The notes under the pieces were generated by a model. It was not told the origin of the DNA. It saw only the letters and a program-made list of their open reading frames with translations, and did not search any database. Source: Neoechinorhynchus agilis (lineage: Eukaryota > Animalia > Acanthocephala). From it: a DNA stretch of 64,000 nucleotides. Below, piece by piece: positions 47,110-59,741 of the stretch. The stretch's first letter is position 1. Every line of letters starts with the position of its first letter. Location of the stretch: the NCBI GenBank assembly GCA_051530055.1, contig CM121342.1, positions 4,463,489 to 4,527,488 on the forward strand, read 5' to 3'. Position numbers and translations under genes: made by a program.

Positions 47110-50100
47110 ACTGTTCTTCTGTGTCATATTGAACTCTCCAGTAAGATTATTTTAGTCTACAAAAAATGCGAACTGATGTGGTATTAATGTTATATGACGC
47201 AATGGACGCGCGATGAAATTATTTAACACGGATCGATAAACTGCGTTTTTGTACACTTAAAGTTTTGCGTTTTCTATTAAGTCAGTTTTGTGTGGAGATC
47301 TTGGTCGTTCAAGCGGTTCCATTAGTTGCGACAAAGTATTTGTTTGATAGGATCAATTGAGGATTTTTAAACGAGAATCAAGGAGTAAAATTCACACATT
47401 TCTTCTGTGTCCTATTGAACTCTCCAGTAAGATTATTTTAGTCTACAAAAAATGCGAACTAATGTGGTATTAATGTTATATGACGCAATGGACGCGCGAT
47501 GAAATTATTTAACACGGATCGATAAACTGCGTTTTTGTACACTTAAAGTTTTGCGTTTTCTATTAAGTCAGTTTTGTGTGGAGATCTTGGTCGTTCAAGC
47601 GGTTCCATTAGTGGCGACAAAGTAATTATTTGATAGGACCAATTGAGGATTTTTAAACGAGAATCAAGGAGTAAAATTCACACATTTCTTCTGTGTCCTA
47701 TTGAACTCTCCAGTAAGATTATTTTTGTCTACAAAAAATGCGAACTAATGTGGTATTAATGTTATATGACGCAATGGACGCGCGATGAAATTATTTAACA
47801 CGGATCGATAAACTGCGTTTTTGTACACTTAAAGTTTTGCGTTTTCTATTAAGTCAGTTTTGTGTGGAGACCTTGGTCGTTCAAGCGGTTCCATTAGTGG
47901 CGACAAAGTAATTATTTGATAGGATCAATTGAGGATTTATAAACGAGAATGAAGGAGTAAAATTCACCACATTTCTTCTGTGTCCTATTGAACTCTGCAG
48001 TAAGATTATTTTAGTCTACAAAAATGCGAACTAATGTGGTATTAATGTTATATGACGCAATGGACGCGCGATGAAATTATTAAACACGGATCGATAAACT
48101 GCGTTTTTGACACTTAGAGTTTTGCGTTTTCTATTAAGTCAGTTTTGTGTAGAGACCTTGGCCGTTCAAGCGGTTCCATTGGCATCGACAAAGTATTTAT
48201 TTGATAGTATTAATTGAGGATTTATAAACGAGAATCATGGGGTAAAATTCACACATTTCTTCTGTGTCATATTGAACTCTCCAGTAAGATTATTTTAGTC
48301 TACAAAAAAAGCCAACTAATGTGGTATTAATGTTATATGACGCAATGGACGCGCGATGAAATTATTTAACACGGATCGACAAACTGCGTTTTTGTACACT
48401 TATAGTTTTGCGTTTTCCATTAAGTCAGTTTTGTGTAGAGACCTTGGTCGTTCAAGCGGTTCCATTAGTGGCGACAAAGTATCTATTTGATAGGATCAAT
48501 TGAGGATTTTTAAACGAGAATGAAGGAGTAAAATTCACACATTTCTTCTGTGTCATATTGAACTCTCCAGTAAGATTATTTTAGTCTACAAAAAATGCGA
48601 ACTGATGTGGTATTAATGTTATATGACGCAATGGACGCGCGATGAAATTATTTAACACGGATCGATAAACTGCGTTTTTGACACTTTTAGTTTTCTATGT
48701 TTTCTATTATGTCAGTTTTGTGTGGAGATCTTGTCGTTCAAGCGTCTCATTAGTGGCGACAAAGTATTTGTTTGATAGGAATAATTGAGGATTTTTAAAC
48801 GAGAATCAAGGAGTAAAATTCACACATTTCTTCTGTGTCCTATTGAACTCTCCAGTAAGATTATTTTAGTCTACAAAAAATGAACTAATGTGGTATTAAT
48901 GTTATATGACGCAATGGACGCGCGATGAAATTATTTAACACGGATCGATAAACTGCGTTTTTGACACTTTTAGTTTTGCGTTTTCTATTATGTCAGTTTT
49001 GTGTGGAGACCTTGGTCGTTCAAGCGGTTCCATTAGTGGCGACAAAGTATTTGTTTGATAGGATCAATTGAGGATTTATAAACGAGAATGAAGGAGTAAA
49101 ATTCACACATTTCTTCTGTGTCATATTGAACTCTCCAGTAAGATTATTTTAGTCTACAAAAAATGCGAACTAATGTGTATTAATGTTATAAGACGCAATG
49201 GACGCGCGATGAAATTATTTAACACGGATCGATAAACTGCGTTTTTGTACACTTATAGTTTTGCGTTTTCTATTAAGTCAGTTTTGTGTGGAGACCTTGG
49301 TCGTTCAAGCGGTTCCATTAGTTGCGACAAAGTATTTGTTTGATAGGATCAATTGAGGATTTTTAAACGAAAATCAAGGAGTAAAATTCACACATATCTT
49401 CTGTGTCATATTGAACTCTCCAGTAAGATTATTTTAGTCTACAAAAAATGCGAACTGATGTGGTATTAATGTTATATGACGCAATGGACGCGCGATGAAA
49501 TTATTTAACACGGATCGATAAACTGCGTTTTTGACACTTTTAGTTTTGCGTTTTCTATTATGTCAGTTTTGTGTGGAGACCTTGGTCGTTCAAGCGGTTC
49601 CATTAGTGGCGACAAAGTAATTATTTGATAGGATCAATTGAGGATTTTTAAACGAGAATCAAGGAGTAAAATTCACACATTTCTTCTGTGTCCTATTGAA
49701 CTCTCCAGTAAGATTATTTTAGTCTACAAAAAATGCGAACTAATGTGGTATAAAGGTTATAAGACGCAATGGACGCGCGATGAAATTGTTTAACACGGAT
49801 TGATAAACTGCGTTTTTGACACTTATAGTTTTGCGTTTTCTATTAAGTCAGTTTTGTGTGGAGATCTTGGTCGTTCAAGCGGTTCCATTAGTTGCGACAA
49901 AGTATTTGTTTGATAGGATCAATTGAGTGATTTATAAACGAGAATGAAGGAGTAAAATTCACACGATTCTTCTGTGTCATATTGAACTCTCCAGTAAGAT
50001 TATTTTAGTCTACAAAAAATCCGAACTAATGTGGTATTAATGTTATATGACGCAATGGACGCGCGATGAAATTATTTAACACGGATCGATAAACTGCGTT

Positions 50101-51442
50101 TTTGTACACTTATAGTTTTGCGTTTTCTATTAAGTCAGTTTTGTGTGTAGACCTTGGTCGTTCAAGCGGTTCCATTAGTTGCGACAAAGTATTTGTTTGA
50201 TAGGATCAATTGAGGATTTTTAAACGAGAATCAAGGAGTAAAATTCACACGATTCTTCTGTGTCCTATTGAACTCTGCAGTAAGATTATTTTAGTCTACG
50301 AAAAGTGCGAACTAATGTAGTATTAATGTTTTATGACGCAATGGACGCGCGATGAAATTATTAAACACGGATCGATAAACTGCGTTTTTGACACTTAGAG
50401 TTTTGCGTTTTCTATTAAGTCAGTTTTGTGTGGAGACCTTGGTCGTTCATGCGGTTCCATTAGTGGCGACAAAGTATTTGTTTGATAGGATCAATTGAGG
50501 ATTTTTAAACGAGAATCAAGGAGTAAAATTCACACATTTCTTCTGTGTCATATTGAACTCTCCAGTAAGATTATTTTAGTCTACAAAAAATGCGAACTAA
50601 TGTGGTATTAATGTTATATGACGCAATGGACGCGCGATGAAATTATTTAACACGGATCGATAAACTGCGTTTTTGACACTTTTAGTTATGCGTTTTCTAT
50701 TAAGTCAGTTTTGTGTGGAGATCTTGGTCGTTCAAGCGGTTCCATTAGTTGCGACAAAGTATTTGTTTGATAGGATCAATTGAGGATTTTTAAACGAGAA
50801 TCAAGGAGTAAAATTCACACGATTCTTCTGTGTCATATTTAACTCTCCAGTAAGATTATTTTAGTCTACAAAAAATGCGAACTGATGTGGTATTAATGTT
50901 ATAAGACGCAATGGACGCGCGATGAAATTATTTAACACGGATCGATAAACTGCGTTTTTGACACTTTTAGTTTTGCGTTTTCTATTATGTCAGTTTTGTG
51001 TGGAGACCTTGGTCGTTCAAGCGGTTCCATTAGTGGCGACAAAGTATTTGTTTGATAGGATCAATTGAGGATTTTTAAACGAGAATCATGGGGTAAAATT
51101 CACACATTTCTTCTGTGTCATATTGAACTCTCCAGTAAGATTATTTTAGTCTACAAAAAATGCGAACTAATGTGGTATTAATATTATATGACGCGATGGA
51201 CGCGCGATTAAATTATTTAACACGGATCGATAAACTGCGTTTTTGTACACTTAAAGTTTTGCGTTTTCTATTATGTCAGTTTTGTGTGGAAACCTTGGTC
51301 GTTCAAGCGGTTCCATTAGTGGCGACAAAGTATTTGTTTGATAGGATCAATTGAGGATTTTTAAACGAGAATGAAGGTGTAAAATTCACACATTTCTTCT
51401 GTGTCCTATTGAACTCTCCAGTAAGATTATTTTAGTCTACGA
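47110..51442. repeat. Tandem array, unit about 286 bp, about 15 copies
   Basis: ATTGAACTCTCCAGTAAG at 47128, 47414, 47700 and onward. Copies differ by scattered SNPs and indels. Confidence 0.98.
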
Positions 51443-51478
51443 AAAGATCAAAAATTTTTTTAAACGAAAGAGATGGAT

Positions 51479-52698
51479 TTATTTGTTGAAGTCCTTACAA
51501 CAGTTTTCGAATTCCTCTTGCTTCGCTAATACCTGTTGTACAAGCATCGGCTTAGGGTTCAATGAAATTAACTCTTCCCAGTACGCATCTCCGCCTTCGT
51601 CATTGGGTAGTAAAGCTGCTAAATTATAAGCTACATTTACGTCGGAGCCGTCTAATTGATTTCCTTTTCTCAAAACCGCCAATACTTTCTCTAATGAATA
51701 TTCATCGTCCAGTAATGCCATACAAACGGCTTCGTTGTTCAATAAAACGGAAGTTTGGCCATACCTTTCCGAAAGGTCTCGATAAAGTCCCAATGCCCTT
51801 CGTATGGAAGGTGGATCTTGAGATGTTAAGAGGTTTAGTCCCAATGCCATTTGGCTAAGACTTGCCTCGCTGTCGATTGTTTGCATACGTTTCACTGTTC
51901 TAGCAACGAGATCAGTTAGGTTCAAAATTTGTGCCAAATGAATTCTGTTGTATAAAAGTTCCAGGGTCAATGTTTCCGATGAAGACGAGTCTTTGGCAAT
52001 GTACCGGTCCACACAAACCAGGGCTTTCATAGTCTCTTGTTTTGAACAAAGTATCTCTATGCAAACTAACAACAGGTTTGGATCAATGTCGTCCGATAGT
52101 AATGGAGAAGCATCCGCTTCACCGGTTTTTGCATATCTCGACGGTTTCTGGAAGCGCTGCTCAAGAGCTTTTATAAGGATTTGATCGTTTTCCCTGTGGT
52201 TAATCGCATAAAAAACTAGGGAAATTTGTTTGCCTCTATACTCGAGCCAACCAAATCAACGAAATTTAAGGAAAATAAAATCGGAATTTGTAAAAGATTA
52301 AGTCTAGACGAACAATGCTTGAATGAGATTTTCTTTTCAAAATAAGTCAAAAATGTGATTTCGAATGAAACACTTACAAACCTTGAGGAAATGTAGGAAT
52401 TATTCGAGACGTGTTCGGGAGGGTTGCAAAACTCTAAAAAAAATCTTTCCCCCGAAGATAATAAACTAAGATATAAACAGAACCCGTCAAAGTATTCGAT
52501 TAGAACATGACTCACTTGGGGATCAATGTCATGTTTCAGCGTATTAATTGCCATTGTGATCTTCTTTTGTCTAAGATAAGCTCTGTAGAGGAACAGTTGA
52601 CGATCGGTGGTTGGCTGTCTAATGGATAAGAGCAGCGAAACGCATTTGTGGTAGTCGCCAAGGTAGTAAAATGAACGGACCGCGTCCATATCAGACAT
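51479..52698 (-). CDS. COPE: Coatomer subunit epsilon, two exons
   Basis: VRSFYYLGDYHKC, RQLFLYRAYLRQKK, TLSQMA-like ASLSQMALG and LLNNEAVC match COPE. An intron of about 269 nt lies at 52216-52484 (in frame only as GG..AG). Confidence 0.8.
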
Positions 52699-53710
52699 AT
52701 CTGAAAGCGAAATCTCATATATTTAATATAAAAGTGATGAAACATTAGGACGTGGGAATATGATTATTTACAAATGCAGAAATTAGTTCGAAATTTCGTT
52801 GCGTTGAATGATGTTTCCGATTTAGTCGGGCTTTGTAGTCTGTAATACAAAACAGGATCAAACCAAACGGATTTGCGGATTCGAAAACGTTGTAAAAACT
52901 TTATGCCCCAAGGAAAATCTTACGTCGGTACGCTAAAATCACTGGAACTCGATTTTTCGATTCACATGGACTAGTGAAACATCGATCAGAGGAGTAACCT
53001 TCTAGGTAAGGGATTTAAGTTTGGGCAATGATATTTGCGTTCGATAAACCTTCACCGTCTTATATCGACGAATAGCCTGATCTTTTTTTTATTAAAAAAT
53101 GGAAAAAACAAAATGGAATCAATTATTCCCAACAGGTACCATTTTCTAGCTATTCATTGTTAGCGATTAGCTTCCGTCAAGCGGAAATCGTGCTCCCGAT
53201 TTTCCGAGTCTAGAAAAAACTACCCTTGATGTTTAGTGTAGCGAGGGGTTTAAAAGAACTTAACAATGGACATAAACAAATGGGTCGTATTTTTATATAA
53301 GATAATGTGTGGAAATAAGAAAATCCGTGGGACAAATTTTCCTTGAATTTATGGAATATGACGCCGTGTTTTCATTAAATTCGTGGATAATATCGGTCCG
53401 TACGGAGATGTACACAATTCGGATGGCCTTGATGAATATCTATCAAAACAGGACCAATTGAATTACTCGAGATACATATCGAAAAAATGTTAAGACTTTC
53501 AGATCCAAAGCAAAAAAACAACAAGGATTTTCCCGAAAAACACAGAATTAAATGATTGATCAATTGCTTGAAATTTCACTCTTCTTCAATCGCGAAACTA
53601 AAATTTTTGAGCGCATTTTCGCTAATAAAGCATTTGACCAAATCGCAAAATTATTGATTTTTGATCATAGAAGCGAGTAAAACCAACATTTTCACCTTAA
53701 GAAAAACCAT

Positions 53711-54116
53711 TCCTCCAGGAATAGGAAAGACGACCTGTATTTTGTGTTTAGCTCATGAGATGCTCGGCATTCATTACCATACAGCCGTTTTGGAGCTTAG
53801 TGCCTCGAACGAGCGTGGAATTGAAGTAGTTCGTGGGAAGATCAAATCTTTTGCTCAACGGAAAGTCACACTGCCTCCGAGGGCGCATAAAATCATCATT
53901 CTCGATGAGGCTGACAGGTTCAATTTTGATTTTCAATTTGTTTTCGAAATCGCTGGTTTTTAGTATGACTGAGGCGGCACAGCAGGCGCTTCGGCGGACA
54001 ATGGAGGTCTACGCGACTACTACGCGATTCGCTTTGGCTTGTAATAATTCCGAAAAGATCATTGAAGCAATCCAATCTCGATGCGCTATTATTCGATTTG
54101 GTCGTCTTCCTGACGA
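53711..54116 (+). pseudogene. Partial inverted duplicate of RFC2 (most of exon 2, intron 2, part of exon 3) fused to a fragment of the secreted-repeat gene
   Basis: Near-identical to the reverse complement of about 55853-56258, retains the 46-nt intron, lacks exon 1 and switches at 54117 to GACCCGGATTC. Confidence 0.88.
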
Positions 54117-55109
54117 GACCCGGATTCAAAAGCGGATAAAAATTACACTTATATCAAACAAATCGTTGCCGGTGATGATGACTACAAACAATTCGCTCAC
54201 ATGGAGAAACGGGACAACAAATCCAAGGCTGGAAACGTAAGCATGACATTATACACAAGCACAATGAGTTTTCGTACGAAAAGTCAAAGTTTGATCGTTA
54301 TCTTAACAGGTACACCTGTCGGTGTTTTTAACTGAGAACGGCAGATCTCAGTTAGTTTCGATGGCTGTATCCATCGATAGTTTCAATAAATAGTTTTTTG
54401 GCATTCATTCGTAAAATACTTTAGAACGGGTATTTCGTGTTCTAAAATTCAATTTTGAAGCGATCGTTTTGAACACACACAAAGCCGTCCCAAATAAACG
54501 AAATCTTAAACTTAGGTCCCGATCCTTTAAAATTTGATCAGAATATAAACGGCTCCCGGCATTTGCTCTCATCTTTTAACGAATTTTTCTTAGCTTCACC
54601 GACAATTAATCTACACGAGGCGGCACCACGTACAAATCACGAAATATTAGGCGGATCTGGAAGAATCGTCGCTGATTTCGTCATATTTCCCAAAGTTTGA
54701 AGTGAACGCAAATGGTCAAAAGTAGCGTTCTTTTTCTGTACTTTACGTGTGTGATTCACGGTGTTGTGGTCATTTTTTACGTCGTCCGCCCGCGCTCGCG
54801 ATGATTTGTTTATTTTCGACTGTCGTCCGTCAGAAATAGCGCCTTATCACTCTGTAAATTAGTTCGATATTTCTCGATCGATGGCAATTCATTTTTTTTC
54901 CATTTCGATCAACACAACTTAAATTTCGCGATTCAGGTAAATCTAGAAAAATCTGATCAAATTCTTTGTTTATTATTTTCCTCCAGAGAATCAGAACCTT
55001 TTTAGCATCTCTCAACGCCTTTTTTGCGCGCTTTCGGAATTATTCCAAGAAACTTCGTTGAGAAATTTCCGTTAGAAAAATGTGAGTTTGCTTTTAATAA
55101 GAAATCAGC
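54117..55109 (+). repeat. Inverted partner of 20367-21366
   Basis: Near-identical sequence by eye. Confidence 0.9.
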
Positions 55110-55335
55110 GAGTTAGCCGAAAAGTTTAGTGGGCGATGTGTCCAAATTTATCGTAAGAACATTACAAAACGGAATGACAGCAATGAAGAAAAAAACTTAC
55201 GCAAATCATTCAAAAATGTGGCTAAAACCGAAACATTGCGACTTCTACGAATGGATAAAATTGTTCTTTTCTTAGCAGTAAAGAGTTTACCGAGAAAAAA
55301 ACGGTGCAGAAGCGTTTCCCGGTTACATTATCAGT

Positions 55336-56531
55336 TTATAAAGTACTAATTTTTTTATCTATATTTGACATGAGGCAGAATTTGCCCAGTAAAGCCATGA
55401 TTTGTAGCCAGCTTCCTATTCCGAGTTTAGCAACGTCAATGTTCAGCAGGCAAACTTCTTTGATCATCTCAATTCTTAACATTTCAGCTTCTTCATCTGT
55501 CTTTTTATATTGAGAAAAATCGAACACCTTCAGGACGCGAATGAGAGTGGACAGAATATCTTGAGCGGTATATCCACGCTTCCACATATAATCGCCGATT
55601 TCAATGGCCTTATCGAGTTCCTGTTCAAGACATCTCGATAGAATTTCCTTGGCCATCACTGGATTTGGTTCATCGCACACCTTAAAAACGTTATCTTCAT
55701 CGATAAAATTAAACCCAAACGCCGTTGCTTGTAGATTATTTACTGCCTTTCGAAGATCTCCTTCGGCCGAGAATGCGATTGCCTTCAGACCCGATTGAGT
55801 ATATTTCAAATTTTCAGCAAAAGCGATCTGTTCAATCCGTTTAATGATTGAATCGTCAGGAAGACGACCAAATCGAATAATAGCGCATCGAGATTGGATT
55901 GCTTCAATGATCTTTTCGGAATTATTACAAGCCAAAGCGAATCGCGTAGTAGTCGCGTAGACCTCCATTGTCCGCCGAAGCGCCTGCTGTGCCGCCTCAG
56001 TCATACTAAAAACCAGCGATTTCAAAAACAAATTGAAAATCGAAATTAAACCTGTCAGCCTCATCGAGAATGATGATTTTATGCGCCCTCGGAGGCAGTG
56101 TGACTTTCCGTTGAGCAAAAGATTTGATCTTCCCACGAACTACTTCAATTCCACGCTCGTTCGAGGCATTAAGCTCCAAAACGGCTGTATGGTAATGAAT
56201 GCCGAGCATCTCATGAGCTAAACACAAAATACAGGTCGTCTTTCCTATTCCTGGAGGACCCTAGAATCTAAAAGTTAACACAAGATTTCGATAGAAACAA
56301 TTTTACCGAGAACAGTAGATGGGGCATATTTCCTGAAGATACAAAGTCTTTTAATCTTGAGACAATCTCCGAATTCCCGACTATATCACTCAGTAAATTA
56401 GGTCGGTATTTCTCGATCCAGGGCAATTCATCTTTTTTTCCATTTCGACCAACACAATGATCATCAATTAACATCATTTCATCGCGTTCGCCATCCGTAG
56501 TACTTACCTTCATTTCTTGGAATAATTCCAT
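55336..56531 (-). CDS. RFC2: Replication factor C subunit 2, three exons
   Basis: [14 protein letters not shown]|[32 protein letters not shown]|[14 protein letters not shown]. Canonical 46-nt introns at 56261-56306 and 56006-56051. Confidence 0.93.
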
Positions 56532-57079
56532 CTTTAAAAACAACAATGCCAAATTTAATAGCCCAACAATATGCAGAATTCCCTTAAAAGTTTTTGTTTG
56601 GCGACCTTTAGGACTCTAAATGTTCAAAAGTTAAAAACCAAAATGCATCGACCCCGCTCAATTCTGTATATATTTTTTCTCAGTGGCGAATTGTGACACA
56701 CCCGAGTTTTATTGAAGTCCAGCCATCTTCTCAAGCATTCTTTTCGAAGGAACAATTGGATAGAATATATTTTTCCATAAAAGCCGTATTCTGAAGACCC
56801 TCTTTGAAAAATCCTAAGAGTTGATCTTACGTTCCTTTTTTCCTTCAAAAAGTGACAAATTCGAAAAATTCAAAAACGCCGTGTTTTCATTAAATTCGTG
56901 GATAATATCGGTCCGTACGGAGATGTACACAATTCGGATGGCCTTGATGAATATCTATCAAAACAGGACCAATTGAATTACTCGAGATACATATCGAAAA
57001 AATGTTAAGACTTTCAAATTCACCGCACATTTTATCGGATCATATCGAAGCGCATCGATAAATTAGGCTTAAAGCTGAA

Positions 57080-57510
57080 ATTGGGTTTGTGTAGGTGTGA
57101 GCGATCCAACTCGCTTTCATTGTTCTGTTCGAGAAACCTTCGAGGACACTGGTGGGTGCTCTCATCGGTGACCCAGAATCAGCGGATTTTACAAAACGGC
57201 GCACTCCTAAAGACTGGGATGGCTTCAACGATCAATCCACACCATCGTCTCGACTTTTAGCTTTCCCGTGGACAGTATAGATTTCCGGTCTTTGAAGAGC
57301 AAAAGCGAGCGGAAAATGGCGATATATCCAAACTGCGAGTAACCGTTCATAATCAGTAATAAATCTGGAAGAATCGTAATGAATAAAGTAATTATTTCGT
57401 TTCATTTGGCGTCGAGACGCTCGGGTCCTTTTGTACCGCGGCGCAGGAATTGATCAATCAATTGTCCAAGATACTTAGATGAATGAAATCAGGAGCATTC
57501 CTCCTACAAA
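57080..57510 (+). mobile_element. CRE-like remnant related to 240-490
   Basis: LVGALIGDP motif, and DNA similarity TTATTTCGTTTCATTTGGCGTCGAGAC...CAATCAATTGTC to 359-435. Confidence 0.55.
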
Positions 57511-57967
57511 ACATAAGTCTGGTTCTATCCATTTGTTCGTTCGAATGGATGTGTATTCTCAATGGCGAATTGTAAGCTTTGAAAAAACTTGCAAACAATG
57601 TTGAGAAGGATGCTGAGGCCCTGAAAATTCGCAATGAAGATTTCAGTAATAAAGCTCGAGTGTGTAACAATTCGCCATTGAGAATAAGTCCGGTTGTTCA
57701 ACGGGAGCGAATACTGTATATGTTCATTCAACCGTTACACCAGGACGGCTCCCGAGTGATCCAGAAAAGCAGTGGTGGTGTGAATAATCTAAATTTCAAG
57801 GATCTTCTATAAAAATACGGAAACAAAATATCCCAACTTCCTTTTTGTTGCTATTTCCGAATAATTTTGTATCCGATGTGAATTTCGAGGTTCATAACCA
57901 AATATTCTGAAAGTGTTAAGAGCGAGTGACCATCGAATAGTTCTCTATTTCTTAGTTCCTTTTTTAG

Positions 57968-58342
57968 ATGAAACCTTTGCTTAACTCTAAGAAGCGAATG
58001 AAGCGCCCAAATAGAATTTGGCGAGATGTTATAGAAGATCGAGAGATGGATAAAGTTACTCATCGGATGGCAATGATGAATGTGGGAAAATATCGTTGTG
58101 GAATCGCGGGTGATGTTCCATTTGCCCACAATGACCGGGAGATTATTGATTATTCGGATTTGAAATCGAGAAGGAAAAAAAGAAAAAAAGTTGCGTTTAT
58201 TTCACAGGCCATAAAGGACCTTGAGATTTATGAAAGAAGTGCCATTCAGAATGCGGGATTGCGCGATTGCAAAAAAGGAGCTATAAAAATGACTAAACGA
58301 GTGATTAACGGCAACAATGAAGGAGCGGAATCTATGGATTAA
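57968..58342 (+). CDS. Basic hypothetical protein (124 aa); 5' half duplicated on the minus strand at about 22820-23000
   Basis: ATG directly after TTTTTTAG and an open frame. No family recognised. Confidence 0.4.
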   Translation: MKPLLNSKKRMKRPNRIWRDVIEDREMDKVTHRMAMMNVGKYRCGIAGDVPFAHNDREIIDYSDLKSRRKKRKKVAFISQAIKDLEIYERSAIQNAGLRDCKKGAIKMTKRVINGNNEGAESMD

Positions 58343-58701
58343 ACTTATAGCTCTGATTCATGGAGAGAGATAGGAAAATCGAAGTCCAATCGGCTGCCGA
58401 GAGAACACTGTAAACGTTTTCCGTCAATTAATCGTCTTTATCTGTACCGATTTTTATAACCGTTCTCACAAACGGAATTTATATTCAATTCTTTTTCCAC
58501 TTAAAACTAACCGCCGAGTTTTTCCAAATCAGTAATACAATCGAATTTAAGGTTTTTTAAAACCACTAAAGACGGGTCGCTTTATGGTGAGGATTTTTTG
58601 CGTAATGAAATCAATATTCGAGGCGAATGCTGAAAAGCCCTAAGCAAACAATAAATGCCAATCTACTTTTTATTTCTAAATCTCTAAATCATCTCTCAAT
58701 C

Positions 58702-59091
58702 TCAACAGCACTTTAGACAACATCCAGGTTGATAAGTTGGACAATTTTGGTTGTGCTGGCAATAAGGAGGAGCTGTGTATCCATTACATCGAGCGTCCGA
58801 GCAGATAACATTTATAACTGGCGGTTCATCGATAACACACGGACAAGGTCCGCAAGTTTGTAAACATGGACGAGGACATTGAGTAATGCATTTCGGAGGC
58901 AGTGCACAGCATCGATCTTCACTCTGAAAACATCCTCTATTCTTAATGATATTCACCTTTTCGGTCTCAGAATTTACGTTGAAATTATCCAGTTCACATG
59001 AACAAGTCTTTTTTGCGGGTGCATTCGTCGACAATGCGGCGACGTTCACTGTCGAATAGATAATCGAGAAAAGTAAAAGGAAAGTGAACAT
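58702..59091 (-). CDS. Secreted cysteine-rich small protein, copy 2
   Basis: Same 129-aa protein as 22219-22608. The two differences I spotted are synonymous. Confidence 0.7.
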   Translation of the reverse strand: MFTFLLLFSIIYSTVNVAALSTNAPAKKTCSCELDNFNVNSETEKVNIIKNRGCFQSEDRCCALPPKCITQCPRPCLQTCGPCPCVIDEPPVINVICSDARCNGYTAPPYCQHNQNCPTYQPGCCLKCC

Positions 59092-59741
59092 TTTGTCAGC
59101 TAAGAACGGGATTTCGCCTTCATTTCTACTAACGAAATTTACACAACAAAGGATAAAACTTGAACACATCGCAAGTTTTGAAACCACTTTTTTCGTGTGA
59201 AAACTTTAACAAAAATCAGAGACTTAAAAACACGAAACGAGATCGGGTGGTAAAATTTAAAATAATAATCAGTGAACAGCGCTGAACTGAAAATAAGTGA
59301 CCAACCGAATTCGGACAGTATCGAATCGATAATACTATTTATGACCAATTATTCGAGTGTGCAACTTCGCGGCTTTCTTTTCTCGTTACCGAAAACATTG
59401 CGGACAAGTCCCAAAATCGCTTCCTAAAAGCACTTTCCTCATTATGCCGATTTGTTACTTGCATTCCTCTGTCGCCGATGCACGCCTAAATGACGACAAG
59501 AGAAACTTACGGTTTCATATCGTTCCATATAAGAAATCATCGGTCGTGTCCATCTCGAAACAAACTCTATATTTTGATAATAAAATTCGTTGCCGGTCTT
59601 GGACCAATTCTTCGTCCCGTGTCCTAGGCCCACAGAAATCAACATTTACAATAGAAGATTTATTCTTCGTTTTTATAAAAGTTGCACGAATCCATTTTAG
59701 ACTTTGTAAAACACGGAGATAACGCGTTTCATTTCCACTGA

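Noticed and set aside
51160-51354. 64-aa ORF in the last 286-bp unit
   Set aside because: It arises from a TGA-to-TTA change in one satellite copy; the other copies are closed.
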